64,000 bases of DNA from Leptospira sp. (GTDB taxonomy: Bacteria > Spirochaetota > Leptospiria > Leptospirales > Leptospiraceae). Made by a program: the position numbers and the translations under genes. This document shows, one piece after another, positions 1-9,279 of the stretch (positions are counted from its first letter, which is position 1; every line of letters begins with the position of its first letter). The stretch is from contig JAWXAQ010000016.1 of the NCBI GenBank assembly GCA_034439575.1, positions 288,001-352,000 of the forward strand, read 5' to 3'. Below the pieces are notes generated by a model. The model was given only the letters and a program-made list of their open reading frames with translations, did not search any database and was not told the DNA's origin.

Positions 1-795
1 AAAACAATTTATCAGGTATTCCGTGTTTGGATTGGTTCAGAACTATCAAAAAATGTGATACGGCGCTACGATGGTAAATGGACAGAAGCGAGAGATCCTC
101 TCACAAATGTTAAAATTCCTGTCCAGGAAAATACAACGCAAGTGACAAGGGATTCTCAGGAAGGAAAAATACTTGGGATACATGGTGGTAATTTAAATTA
201 TCTAAGAGCAGGTATCGCTTATGATACAAGGGACTTTGAACCTGATCCCGATCGTGGATGGCTTATAGAATACAATGTGAATCGAGCAGAACGAGTGATA
301 GGTTCTGATTATTCTTACCTAAGACATTTTTTTCAGGCCAAAAATTATTGGCAACCTTTCCCAAAAATATTTGAAGAACTGGTATTGGCGCAAAGAGTAG
401 CTTTAACTAAGATAGATGGGAATGTCCCATTTTTTGAATATAGATATTTGTATTCCATAGATGGTCCGTTTGGTGGTGTGGGTGGTCAGAATACATCGCG
501 TGGTTTTAGAGCAGAAAGATTTTTTGGACCTGTGATGGGTTTTTATAATGTAGAACTTAGATGGAGATTTGGAAGTTTCCAAGCCTGGGATTCCTTATTT
601 CAATTTAGTTTAGCACCTTTTTATGACATTGCCAATGTTTGGGATCGATTGAGTGATATTACAAGACAAGGATATAAACACTCTCGTGGGATTGGACTGC
701 GTATTGTTTGGGACCAGTCCACTGTGATTCTAATGGACTGGGCGAGATCAAGAGAGGATTCCCTATTTTATTTAGACATGGGTCATACTTTTTAA
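1..795 (+). CDS. Omp85/BamA-family outer-membrane beta-barrel protein, C-terminal part (5' truncated by window)
   Basis: Frame is open from base 1. Contains YDTRDFEPDPDRG, GGQNTSRGF (BamA VRGF-like loop), NVELRW and a C-terminal aromatic signature (DMGHTF). Confidence 0.85.
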   Translation, partial: KTIYQVFRVWIGSELSKNVIRRYDGKWTEARDPLTNVKIPVQENTTQVTRDSQEGKILGIHGGNLNYLRAGIAYDTRDFEPDPDRGWLIEYNVNRAERVIGSDYSYLRHFFQAKNYWQPFPKIFEELVLAQRVALTKIDGNVPFFEYRYLYSIDGPFGGVGGQNTSRGFRAERFFGPVMGFYNVELRWRFGSFQAWDSLFQFSLAPFYDIANVWDRLSDITRQGYKHSRGIGLRIVWDQSTVILMDWARSREDSLFYLDMGHTF

Positions 796-1502
796 AATTT
801 CATAGGTACTTCGATACATAAAATTTCACTGACCACTTCTGCCGTCAGTGAAATTTCTTTAGTTTCCCAAACACCGAGTCCATCCCGTCTTTCTAATGTT
901 TGGTCATTGATCTTTATTTTACCACTGATGAGAAAAAAGTAAGCACCTTGGTTTGCTTCATGAATGTTGTAATTTAGGATATGCCCAGGCTCCAATGTAG
1001 CGAATGAAAAGTAAGCTGATTGATTGATCCAGACCGCCTCGGGATCGCTAGGTGAAACTACGGTTTGCCATTTATTTTTTGAATGTGTTCTAGAAAATGA
1101 TTTTTGTTCATACCGAGGCTCAATGTTTAATTTTTTAGGTAAAATCCAAATTTGGAGAAAGTTTACATTTTTATCAGGACTATGATTGAATTCGGAATGA
1201 CGAATGCCCGTACCCGCAGACATGATTTGCACATCGCCTGTTAGTATCACCCCATTGGTTCCCGTACTATCCTTGTGCGCCAATTCGCCGTATAACGGGA
1301 TTGATACGATTTCCATATTATCATGAGGATGAGTGCCAAATCCCATAGCAGGTGTGACGATATCATCATTCAGAACTCGCAGTGCCCCAAAATTTGTTTT
1401 CTCTGGATCGTAATAACTTCCAAAACTGAAAGAATGGTGACTGTCCAACCAACCAAAATTGGCATGTCCACGTTCACTTGCCGGATGAAAAATTTGTTTC
1501 AT
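792..1502 (-). CDS. Pirin family protein (YhhW-like)
   Basis: RGHANFGWLDSHHSFSF, GFGTHPHDNMEI, MSAGTGIRHSEFN, LQIWI. Start taken at ATG 1502 (MKQIFHP). Confidence 0.92.
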   Translation of the reverse strand: MKQIFHPASERGHANFGWLDSHHSFSFGSYYDPEKTNFGALRVLNDDIVTPAMGFGTHPHDNMEIVSIPLYGELAHKDSTGTNGVILTGDVQIMSAGTGIRHSEFNHSPDKNVNFLQIWILPKKLNIEPRYEQKSFSRTHSKNKWQTVVSPSDPEAVWINQSAYFSFATLEPGHILNYNIHEANQGAYFFLISGKIKINDQTLERRDGLGVWETKEISLTAEVVSEILCIEVPMKF

Positions 1503-1525
1503 ACAATTATCCTTTGATATCATAT

Positions 1526-1553
1526 AGTTTAATATCAAACCAATATATGTCAA
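1526..1553 (-). promoter_or_regulatory. sigma70-like promoter of pirin with an overlapping near-palindrome (candidate repressor site)
   Basis: Minus strand TTGACA (1553-1548), 16 nt, TAAACT (1531-1526). Near-palindrome GTTTAATATCAAAC at 1527-1540. Confidence 0.5.
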
Positions 1554-1624
1554 CTAGGAAAATAGAATTTTGATGTCGTTTGACACAATCTAGCCGAATG
1601 CTGAACTTCTCCTAAGGAAAACAA

Positions 1625-2421
1625 ATGTATTGGAAAAATAAAATTGTCTGGGTCACTGGAGCTTCTTCTGGTATTGGCGAAGCATTGGTAAAGGAACTAG
1701 CAGCACTCGGTGCAAAGGTGATATTATCTTCGAGGAATCAAGCTGAACTTATCAGAGTGCAAAAAGAGGCAAAATTGACTCATGAGAATTCGCTTGTACT
1801 TCCGTTAGATTTAGAAAATATAAAGATTTGGAAAAATATGTTTCTAAGGCATTAAAGCCTTGGGGAAAAATCGATACATTGATAAATAATGGAGGTATAA
1901 GCCAGCGCGATTTAGCAGAAAACACAAGTTTGGCGGTTTCAGAAAAAATCATGAATATAAATTTTTTTGGAGCCGTGTCATTGACAATGGCTTTATATCC
2001 ACATTTGAAATCTCAAAAAAATGGAACGATAGCAGTCATTTCGAGCATTGCTGGAAAAGTCGGAACAAGGATGCGGTCAAGTTATTGCGCGAGTAAACAC
2101 GCGTTACAAGGTTACTTTGATAGTCTTCGTGCGGAAGCTTTTCAAGACGGAATTCAAGTAAGTATCATTTGTCCAGGCTATATAAAAACAAATATTTCTA
2201 TGAATGCACTCATAGGTTCTGGTAAATCTCAAAATAAAATGGATGATGGGATCGCTTCAGGTCTTGATGTAAATGTGACAGCTAAAAAAATTCTTAAGGG
2301 ATTAGAAAAAGGAAAAGAGGAAATAATAATCAGTGGTTTCAAAGAACGATTTGCCACATATATGAAACGATTTTTTCCCAGAATTTTGTCGATCATCCTT
2401 AGAACTGCAAAAGTAACTTAA
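1625..2421 (+). pseudogene. Short-chain dehydrogenase/reductase split by a 1-nt frameshift near 1815-1821 (pseudogene or sequencing error)
   Basis: ORF 1625-1855 has TGASSGIG. ORF 1828-2421 has NNGG and YCASK. Adding one base gives a continuous 265-aa SDR. Confidence 0.8.
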
Positions 2422-2427
2422 ATAAAA

Positions 2428-3138
2428 ATGCCTTGGGAAAATGGAAATAAATATGGATCTTTTAAAAAAATTCTCATTCCAGAGGAAGAATTAAAAAAAG
2501 AATCGGTTCTACTCGGTGCCAAATTTATCGAACTAGAAAATTTGTTCAAAGAAAATTCCATCTCCCAGGCCAGTTTGTGTTTTAAATTTATTCTTTGTTA
2601 TATGGAGTCTAGGTTAGGAAATAAAGCATTTTTGAAAATGGGGACTCCTCTGGCCAATCCGGAAAATGAAATTTTATTTTTAGAATCTGTAAGATTTTAC
2701 GGTATGCCTGATACCGTGAGAGGTGCCTTATATTATTGGATGAGGGGTGATTGGAAAATAGTTTTAACAGAGACTCATCCCACAGGCAAAGAGATGTTAT
2801 ATGCCCAGAGTCTTGGCTATAGATTGACGACGATTGATTGGGATGCTTGTAAATCAGGTACCTTAGTTGAGGGGAAAAGAGATGCATTTGAACATTTGTT
2901 GCATGATTTGGCTCACGCTTATATGTTTTTTCGAGAGGATTACGATTATCCAGGCCAAGTGAAATTTTTTCAAACTATGTACGAAGATTTTTCTATTTAT
3001 GAACCATTTCTCGAATCTAATAAAGAGTTTAAGAAAAAATTTGAATACTGTATCTCTGATATGAATTCGCATCCCGCACATTTAAGTGCCTATTGGAATG
3101 CGATTCAAAAAGAGGAAGGTATCAATATCCATCGCTAA
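2428..3138 (+). CDS. Hypothetical protein with HLLHDLAH (possible metal-binding) motif
   Basis: 236-aa ORF packed between the SDR and the TonB receptor. His/Asp cluster FEHLLHDLAH and distal SDMNSHP. Confidence 0.7.
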   Translation: MPWENGNKYGSFKKILIPEEELKKESVLLGAKFIELENLFKENSISQASLCFKFILCYMESRLGNKAFLKMGTPLANPENEILFLESVRFYGMPDTVRGALYYWMRGDWKIVLTETHPTGKEMLYAQSLGYRLTTIDWDACKSGTLVEGKRDAFEHLLHDLAHAYMFFREDYDYPGQVKFFQTMYEDFSIYEPFLESNKEFKKKFEYCISDMNSHPAHLSAYWNAIQKEEGINIHR

Positions 3139-3140
3139 TC

Positions 3141-5792
3141 GTGAGAAAAATTTATTATAAAATATTAATCTTCTGTATTTTCCAGGCAAACTTTCTTTAT
3201 GCGGAGGGAACTTTGCTTGTGAAGGTAGTCCTTGTTCGCGGCCAAACGGGGAAGCCTGTCGCCAATGCAACTGTGGTATCAAAAAGTGGAAAAACTACTG
3301 GCATCACAGACAAAGAGGGAAAAGTTACATTATCCTTTTCTAGTGTCGGTTATCATGAATTAAAAATAGTTACAGCAGATAACATACAGAATGTGACAAG
3401 AGAGATTCGCTATAATGGACAAGAATTATTAATACCTATTAGAGAGATCAGTCAGACTGGTATCAATGTGAGCGGAGAGAGAGATAAAACCGTGCTTTCT
3501 CGTTATGGTTTCCAACAAGAAGATATTAAACGCATTCCAGGTGTGGCTGGGGATTCCTTAAAAGCCATACAAACTGTTCCTGGTGTTGTCATCGGGGTTC
3601 CTATCGGGGTATTGCCAACGGTATTTACAAATGTTGGTAACAGCATAACAGGAAATCCTTATTCCAATAGTGAGCGAGGAGATCTTTCTTTGCGCGGTGG
3701 TGGAACCAGACAAAACCAATTTTACTTTGATGGGTTTCCATTGCCCTATGCCTTCCATTTAGGAAATCAATCTTCCGTTTTAAACAATAATTTGATTCGC
3801 TCATTTGATGTTTATAGCGGCTCGTTTCCGTCAAGGTATGGTTTTGCGACAGGAGGAATCATAGCCATAGAAGGGACAGATAAAGTAGAAGACAACAGAA
3901 CAATCGTTAATGTTAATTTTTTCTTATCAGATATTTACAATCAAACCAAATTATTACCATCATTATCTATGATCACATCTGGAAGGAAAAATTATCCAAA
4001 TTTTGTATTGTTGCAGGCGTATCCTGCCGGTATTCCAGAAGATGCAAAATTTGCTGAATACCAAGATTTTCAGTGGAAATTAATATGGGATTTGGATTTA
4101 GATCATAGGATCACAGTACAGACGTTTGGTACAAGAGATAGACAGGCTTATACGAAACAACAAGCTTCGTATGAAAGAGGAGGTGAAGATCCGAGGCCTC
4201 CAACTGGATTAGATCGTGGATTTAGAACCGATGCTATGCGATATGTCTGGAAAGGAAAAACATTCCGAAATTCCATATCATATTCCAGAACTTCTTTTAA
4301 CGAATTTTTTGAAGTCAGAGTTACAAATCCATTGACAGCTGAAAATATTTTTGGACTTCAAAATAGAACTAGAGATTATTTGAGTTTCGTTGAACAAAGA
4401 TTTGAATGGGAACTTATAGAAGAACATTTAAAATTTGAATCGGGTCTTCAAATGAGATCCCGTGAAACAAATTTAAAAGGTGAAAATATTTCATCCACAA
4501 ATCGGCTGTTTGCTGATATATTTAATGATTTATTAAATTCCAGTGCACAATTTCGTTCTGTGATAGATGGAGATAGGATACGTTATCAAGAAACAGGTGG
4601 TTATGCAGAGTTTCAAGGTAGATGGAATGGATTTAGATTCACTCCTGGCGGTCGCGTTGATTCCTACAGTGGTTCACGTGAAGTAAATCTTTCGCCTCGC
4701 GTTACTGGTGGTTATGTGATAGAAAGCACTAAGACCAGTTTTCTTGCAGGACATGGAATTCATTATAATAGTCCTGTGAGTGTAGAGCAACTTTCACAAA
4801 AATCAGGAAATCCAAATTTATTTATGGAACGATCCGAACATAATTCCATTGGTATCCAACAAGAATTTGTGAATGGATGGTCGGTAAAAGTAGAGGCTTT
4901 TCGTAACATCTTTCAAAATGTAATCGTTGCTGATAATTTTATTACAGATCCATATGCACCTAATAATGATTTGCGAATCATTGCTAATGATCCCATCAAA
5001 GCTATCAATCAACCGCTTACACAAAGAAATTTAAATTATTCAAATTCAGGATATGGGCATTCGGATGGTGTGGAATTTTTTATCAAAAAAGCTAGAGATC
5101 CTAGAATTGAATCTGGTGCGTATGGTTGGATTTCTTATACCAATTCCATTACAAAGAGAATTAATAACCAAGCAAGAAGAACGACCGATGAAAATACAAA
5201 CAGAGCCTTGTTAAATGGCACTAGAGAGTTGATTGCCCAATCAAAAATCGGTACCAATTATATAAATTATTATGATGATAACCAATTTGAGATTATCTAT
5301 AATAATGATAGAGAAGAATTGTACGACCTTGACCGAAGGCACATATTAAATTTTGTGTTTGGTTATAAATTTAATCCTGATTGGCAAATAGGTGGAAGGT
5401 ATCGTTACTTTTCTGGAACACCATACACACCGATTATAAATTCCAATCGGGCCAATCAAGCGGCTACCTTTGGAGTGAATTTAAATTTCCCAGAGTATTC
5501 TAAAAATTATAATAGCGATCGATTGTTACCATTCCATCAAATTGATATTCGTATCGATGCCTTTGATCATTATTCTTGGGGATATATCAATGTGTATTTG
5601 GAATTTGTAAACTTTTACGGAAGGCAAAACGTAACTGGTTACAATTTTGATAATTTACAAGCATACCAAAGGGGAGTCAATCCATCATCAACATATGATA
5701 CTGTAAATTCTCCTTACATTCAGTCACAACGTCCGAATGGCAGTCCTATCAATTTACCTCTTGTGAATTTAGGTATGGAGGTGCGATTTTGA
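3141..5792 (+). CDS. TonB-dependent receptor with N-terminal carboxypeptidase-regulatory-like domain
   Basis: Signal peptide from GTG 3141. Plug motifs (DSLKAIQTVPGV, LSLRGG, FYFDGFP, SRYGFATGGII), SPR barrel motif, C-terminal Phe (MEVRF). Confidence 0.88.
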   Translation: MRKIYYKILIFCIFQANFLYAEGTLLVKVVLVRGQTGKPVANATVVSKSGKTTGITDKEGKVTLSFSSVGYHELKIVTADNIQNVTREIRYNGQELLIPIREISQTGINVSGERDKTVLSRYGFQQEDIKRIPGVAGDSLKAIQTVPGVVIGVPIGVLPTVFTNVGNSITGNPYSNSERGDLSLRGGGTRQNQFYFDGFPLPYAFHLGNQSSVLNNNLIRSFDVYSGSFPSRYGFATGGIIAIEGTDKVEDNRTIVNVNFFLSDIYNQTKLLPSLSMITSGRKNYPNFVLLQAYPAGIPEDAKFAEYQDFQWKLIWDLDLDHRITVQTFGTRDRQAYTKQQASYERGGEDPRPPTGLDRGFRTDAMRYVWKGKTFRNSISYSRTSFNEFFEVRVTNPLTAENIFGLQNRTRDYLSFVEQRFEWELIEEHLKFESGLQMRSRETNLKGENISSTNRLFADIFNDLLNSSAQFRSVIDGDRIRYQETGGYAEFQGRWNGFRFTPGGRVDSYSGSREVNLSPRVTGGYVIESTKTSFLAGHGIHYNSPVSVEQLSQKSGNPNLFMERSEHNSIGIQQEFVNGWSVKVEAFRNIFQNVIVADNFITDPYAPNNDLRIIANDPIKAINQPLTQRNLNYSNSGYGHSDGVEFFIKKARDPRIESGAYGWISYTNSITKRINNQARRTTDENTNRALLNGTRELIAQSKIGTNYINYYDDNQFEIIYNNDREELYDLDRRHILNFVFGYKFNPDWQIGGRYRYFSGTPYTPIINSNRANQAATFGVNLNFPEYSKNYNSDRLLPFHQIDIRIDAFDHYSWGYINVYLEFVNFYGRQNVTGYNFDNLQAYQRGVNPSSTYDTVNSPYIQSQRPNGSPINLPLVNLGMEVRF

Positions 5793-6436
5793 ATCAAATT
5801 GTTATCTGTTTAATATTTGTTAGTCTTTTTTTATCTTGTGAGGATGGAGAAGAGAAAAATAAAAAGAGAATTCAAAATCAAAACAATTTCATGTTTTTGT
5901 TAAGTTATTCTAGAGAAACTGGAAATTGTAAAATAGAAATTACAGATGAGACGACCAAATTAAAAACTACAACTTGTAATCGAAAACCGAACGGCGTATG
6001 CAATATAAATACTTCGCTCATCACACAAAGTGAAATCACTCTTCAATTATCAGAAGGTAAAAAAATAACGGATAAATATTCGGAATGTGAGTTGAGTTTT
6101 TTACAATCCGGAATACTTCTATTAAAGCCAACGACAAGCGAAGAGGAATCAAAAATGAAAAGTAACACAATTTATGCGAGTATAGAAAGTTGTGAATCAG
6201 ATGGTTTTAATTTAAATAGTGAAAGCCGATTGGCAACATTTCATGAATTGAGATTTTTGGAATCGGCTCGCGGCAAAATCGGAAAAACCGCAAAAAACAT
6301 AACAATCAATCGATTCTTATCATTAACGATCAGAGAGAGAGCCACTGCTTGTCTTGAGAAAGAGTATTCTTTGGCAGAAAGAAATTTTTATGATGATTTA
6401 GTCTTATCTAGAATAGTAGAATCAGTTAGAAAATAG
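5789..6436 (+). CDS. Cys-rich lipoprotein, hypothetical
   Basis: Lipobox-like LFLSC and several further Cys. Overlaps the TonB receptor stop by 4 nt. Confidence 0.7.
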   Translation: MNQIVICLIFVSLFLSCEDGEEKNKKRIQNQNNFMFLLSYSRETGNCKIEITDETTKLKTTTCNRKPNGVCNINTSLITQSEITLQLSEGKKITDKYSECELSFLQSGILLLKPTTSEEESKMKSNTIYASIESCESDGFNLNSESRLATFHELRFLESARGKIGKTAKNITINRFLSLTIRERATACLEKEYSLAERNFYDDLVLSRIVESVRK

Positions 6437-6546
6437 TAAGGTAAGTTAATAAATAAATATACGCTAGTTTTATGGGCAAAGCGATAAGACCAAACTCTCA
6501 CAATTAAATATAATCCGAATGTCTCTACACCGAAACTTCACGATAA

Positions 6547-6870
6547 TTATAATACAGAAACAGAAATGTTGTGGAAGATACCGATAGTATCATTATATCT
6601 TGGTTCCGAGTAAAGAAGTTCTGATTTCCGAAATTGCATGTCAAATTTATCTGAAAATTTACTAGGATCAGGTGACAAGATGCCTGCTGGGTCTCCAATT
6701 TGGACAGACTCACCTGGTTTTAAATTGGATTCAATATGTAGCAGTTTAACCGTTTTTGCTTGAAACTCAGGTCTAACGGAATTTTCACATTCAATTGATG
6801 TGTTTAATTCATCCGAAAATATTGAAAAATGTATTAGCAAAGAGATGAAAATGATTAATTTTCTTTTCAT
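6547..6870 (-). CDS. Small secreted hypothetical protein (possibly truncated)
   Basis: MKRKLIIFISLLIHFSIFS signal peptide; 107 aa. Confidence 0.5.
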   Translation of the reverse strand: MKRKLIIFISLLIHFSIFSDELNTSIECENSVRPEFQAKTVKLLHIESNLKPGESVQIGDPAGILSPDPSKFSDKFDMQFRKSELLYSEPRYNDTIGIFHNISVSVL

Positions 6871-6946
6871 TAGATTTTAAAGTCTCTTGCGTTTAATTAT
6901 TTGTTATGCGAAAGTAAGAAAATTAATACAATCAAAAATTTTAAAC

Positions 6947-7576
6947 CTAATCCTTCTTACAAATAATATACCAAAATTTCTGTATTGGTTTATTATCAAA
7001 ATTAATTTTCGGTTCCTCTATTTCTTCTGCTTTTTGTAAACCCAAATTGGCAAATTCCAATTGAATGGAATCTAAATCGTAAAAAAATAATGTGACTCCA
7101 TGATTGGTTTTGAATGAATCTTTACTCAATTGCTCGCCTTGGCCATATCGGAAATCCGTTTTTGATAAGGATACAAAAAACATATGTCCGTTAGGTTTTA
7201 GTTGATTGAAACAATTGTGCAAGAATTTGATTCGTTCCTCTCTATTCAATAAATGTAATAGGGCATAGCTGAAAATTCCATCATATAATTCTTCATCGAA
7301 TGGCATCGAATTGACTGAACCAGAGTAAATTTTGAATTTATTTTTTATTTGATTTTTAGCTATATCTATCGCTGTTTCAGATATTTCTATTCCTGTTACT
7401 TCGAAACCATTGTCTAAAAAAATTTTACCATTTCTTCCATATCCAAAACCTGGAATTAAAATTTTCGAAATCTCTTTTTCCTTAAAGAATTCTAATGTTG
7501 CGATAGCAGAATCGCTTGGTACCCAACCCCACATTTCTTTTTTCTCTTTAAAACTTGATTCCCAAAATTCTGTCAT
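6947..7576 (-). CDS. Class I SAM-dependent methyltransferase
   Basis: ILIPGFGYGRN motif I, VTGIEISETAI, LKPNG. Confidence 0.85.
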   Translation of the reverse strand: MTEFWESSFKEKKEMWGWVPSDSAIATLEFFKEKEISKILIPGFGYGRNGKIFLDNGFEVTGIEISETAIDIAKNQIKNKFKIYSGSVNSMPFDEELYDGIFSYALLHLLNREERIKFLHNCFNQLKPNGHMFFVSLSKTDFRYGQGEQLSKDSFKTNHGVTLFFYDLDSIQLEFANLGLQKAEEIEEPKINFDNKPIQKFWYIICKKD

Positions 7577-7805
7577 AAAGGCTTTTTCTTAACTTTATAA
7601 ATAGAACAAATCTTTTACTACTTTATTTTATTGCATAGAGTTAAACCTATAATTCTCCAAGCGCCAGTGATCGATGCGTAAATCCTTTGCTAATCGCAAA
7701 TTAACACATTTATTAAATAACATCGCAAAGATTGGAGCGGAGAGCACGTTCGGTTATTAAGATGCGTATAGATTCATCTAACGAATCCGAGGCGCCCCAG
7801 TGAAA

Positions 7806-8129
7806 CTAAAGTTTCTCATTATTTTTATGTCTATCTATATCGCGCTTGGTATTTTTTTCCAATGTAACTTTGATACAGTCTTCAAGGGAAAGGTCCATTT
7901 GGTTAGCAAGGCAGGTTAAAACAAAAAGGATATCTCCGATTTCGCTTGGGATATTTTTTTCAGATTCTCCTTTTTTAAAAGATTGGTCACCGTAGGTTCT
8001 CGCTATAAGTCTCGAAAGTTCTCCAACTTCTTCAACTAATACGGCTAAGTTGGTGAGCTCGGAAAAATATCTAACACCTATTGATTTTATCCAGTCATCT
8101 ACTTCCTTTTGCAATTCTGATAAGGTCAT
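7806..8129 (-). CDS. MazG-like nucleotide pyrophosphohydrolase (YpjD-like)
   Basis: EEVGELSR...EIGDILFVLTCLAN...RDIDRH. Start at ATG 8129, directly after the upstream stop. Confidence 0.88.
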   Translation of the reverse strand: MTLSELQKEVDDWIKSIGVRYFSELTNLAVLVEEVGELSRLIARTYGDQSFKKGESEKNIPSEIGDILFVLTCLANQMDLSLEDCIKVTLEKNTKRDIDRHKNNEKL

Positions 8130-8130
8130 A

Positions 8131-9273
8131 TTACTTAGTAAACCTACGCGCCATTTCTTTGCCAAGGATCTCGGAGAACTTTTCCATACCCTTATGATTT
8201 AGATGTATCAAATCAAAACAATATTCACCATTTTCATCGGCACCGAGCGCATCTTGGTAATCCAATTGGTCAAGACTTTGATAAGGTAACAATGCATATG
8301 TTAATCCGTCTTGCCATATCTTCATTCTCCCTTTTCCATTTAAATTGCGAATCACAGATGAATAAGGTGCAAAAACATCAATAATATGGATCTTTTTGCT
8401 ACCAATTAACGAATATAAGTTTTTAAGTCTGTTGAAATATCTTTCCGTATTTTCTGTTTTAATGGCGTCTTTCGGAACACTTCTCGCTATGATACACGTT
8501 TCATAGATCATACGTTTGTGGTCAGGATTGGAAGAAGTTGGAACTGGATCTTTTGAGTCAGGACCTGTGATTTTCAAACATTCATCAATCGACTTTATGT
8601 TATACGGGCCCATGGACTCTGTTTGAGGGTTTTCGTAATCCCAAGGATTGTTGTTGGGATTTTTATTTCTGCGTGCTATGGATTTAATTCTTTCATTGAA
8701 ATTGATTACCATATCAGCCAAATCTTTTTTGTAGGCTAAGGATTTTAATGTCAAAAAGATATAGTCTGAAAAGTTCGCTTCATACTTATAATCATTGATG
8801 AGACTCATTGCTCTAAAATTTCCGACTTCCGATAACATAACAAGTGTAGGCTCTACCAAATGTGGGCGATCCACCCAAGCCATACCGGGTTCTAGTACAT
8901 GGATGATGGTATGCACTTTTGGAAATTGATGTAGGTGTTTTTCCAATAGTTCATGTTGAACTATCAATTCGGAACCACGAACTGCGATAGATTGAACCTT
9001 TTCACCAGTTTTTTCTAATTGTTCGTTGAGAATTCTGACACTAATGCCTTCAAAAGCAACAGAAGTTCCCACAATCAGAATCGTCGGATCAAGAACTTTC
9101 TTTTGTTTGATGATATGATTTGTGACACGATTGATGTTGGATGCATAGGAATTTTTTTTAAGATAGGTTCTATAGATTCCTGTTTGCAAAAGTAATTCTA
9201 CAGCGAGTAAGATTCCGAGGGCAAAAATTAGTTTTTTATCTAATAAAAAATTTAAAAATTCTTTGATTTTCAT
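8131..9273 (-). CDS. Membrane-anchored SGNH/DltD/AlgJ-like periplasmic protein
   Basis: N-terminal TM, ILIVGTSV (block I Ser), C-terminal FDLIHLN (DxxH). Lies downstream of the MBOAT gene. Confidence 0.65.
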   Translation of the reverse strand: MKIKEFLNFLLDKKLIFALGILLAVELLLQTGIYRTYLKKNSYASNINRVTNHIIKQKKVLDPTILIVGTSVAFEGISVRILNEQLEKTGEKVQSIAVRGSELIVQHELLEKHLHQFPKVHTIIHVLEPGMAWVDRPHLVEPTLVMLSEVGNFRAMSLINDYKYEANFSDYIFLTLKSLAYKKDLADMVINFNERIKSIARRNKNPNNNPWDYENPQTESMGPYNIKSIDECLKITGPDSKDPVPTSSNPDHKRMIYETCIIARSVPKDAIKTENTERYFNRLKNLYSLIGSKKIHIIDVFAPYSSVIRNLNGKGRMKIWQDGLTYALLPYQSLDQLDYQDALGADENGEYCFDLIHLNHKGMEKFSEILGKEMARRFTK

Positions 9274-9279
9274 ATATTT

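Noticed and set aside
6525-6713. 62-aa ORF as frameshifted continuation of the 107-aa protein
   Set aside because: It extends only 22 nt beyond the main ORF and has no recognisable motif.
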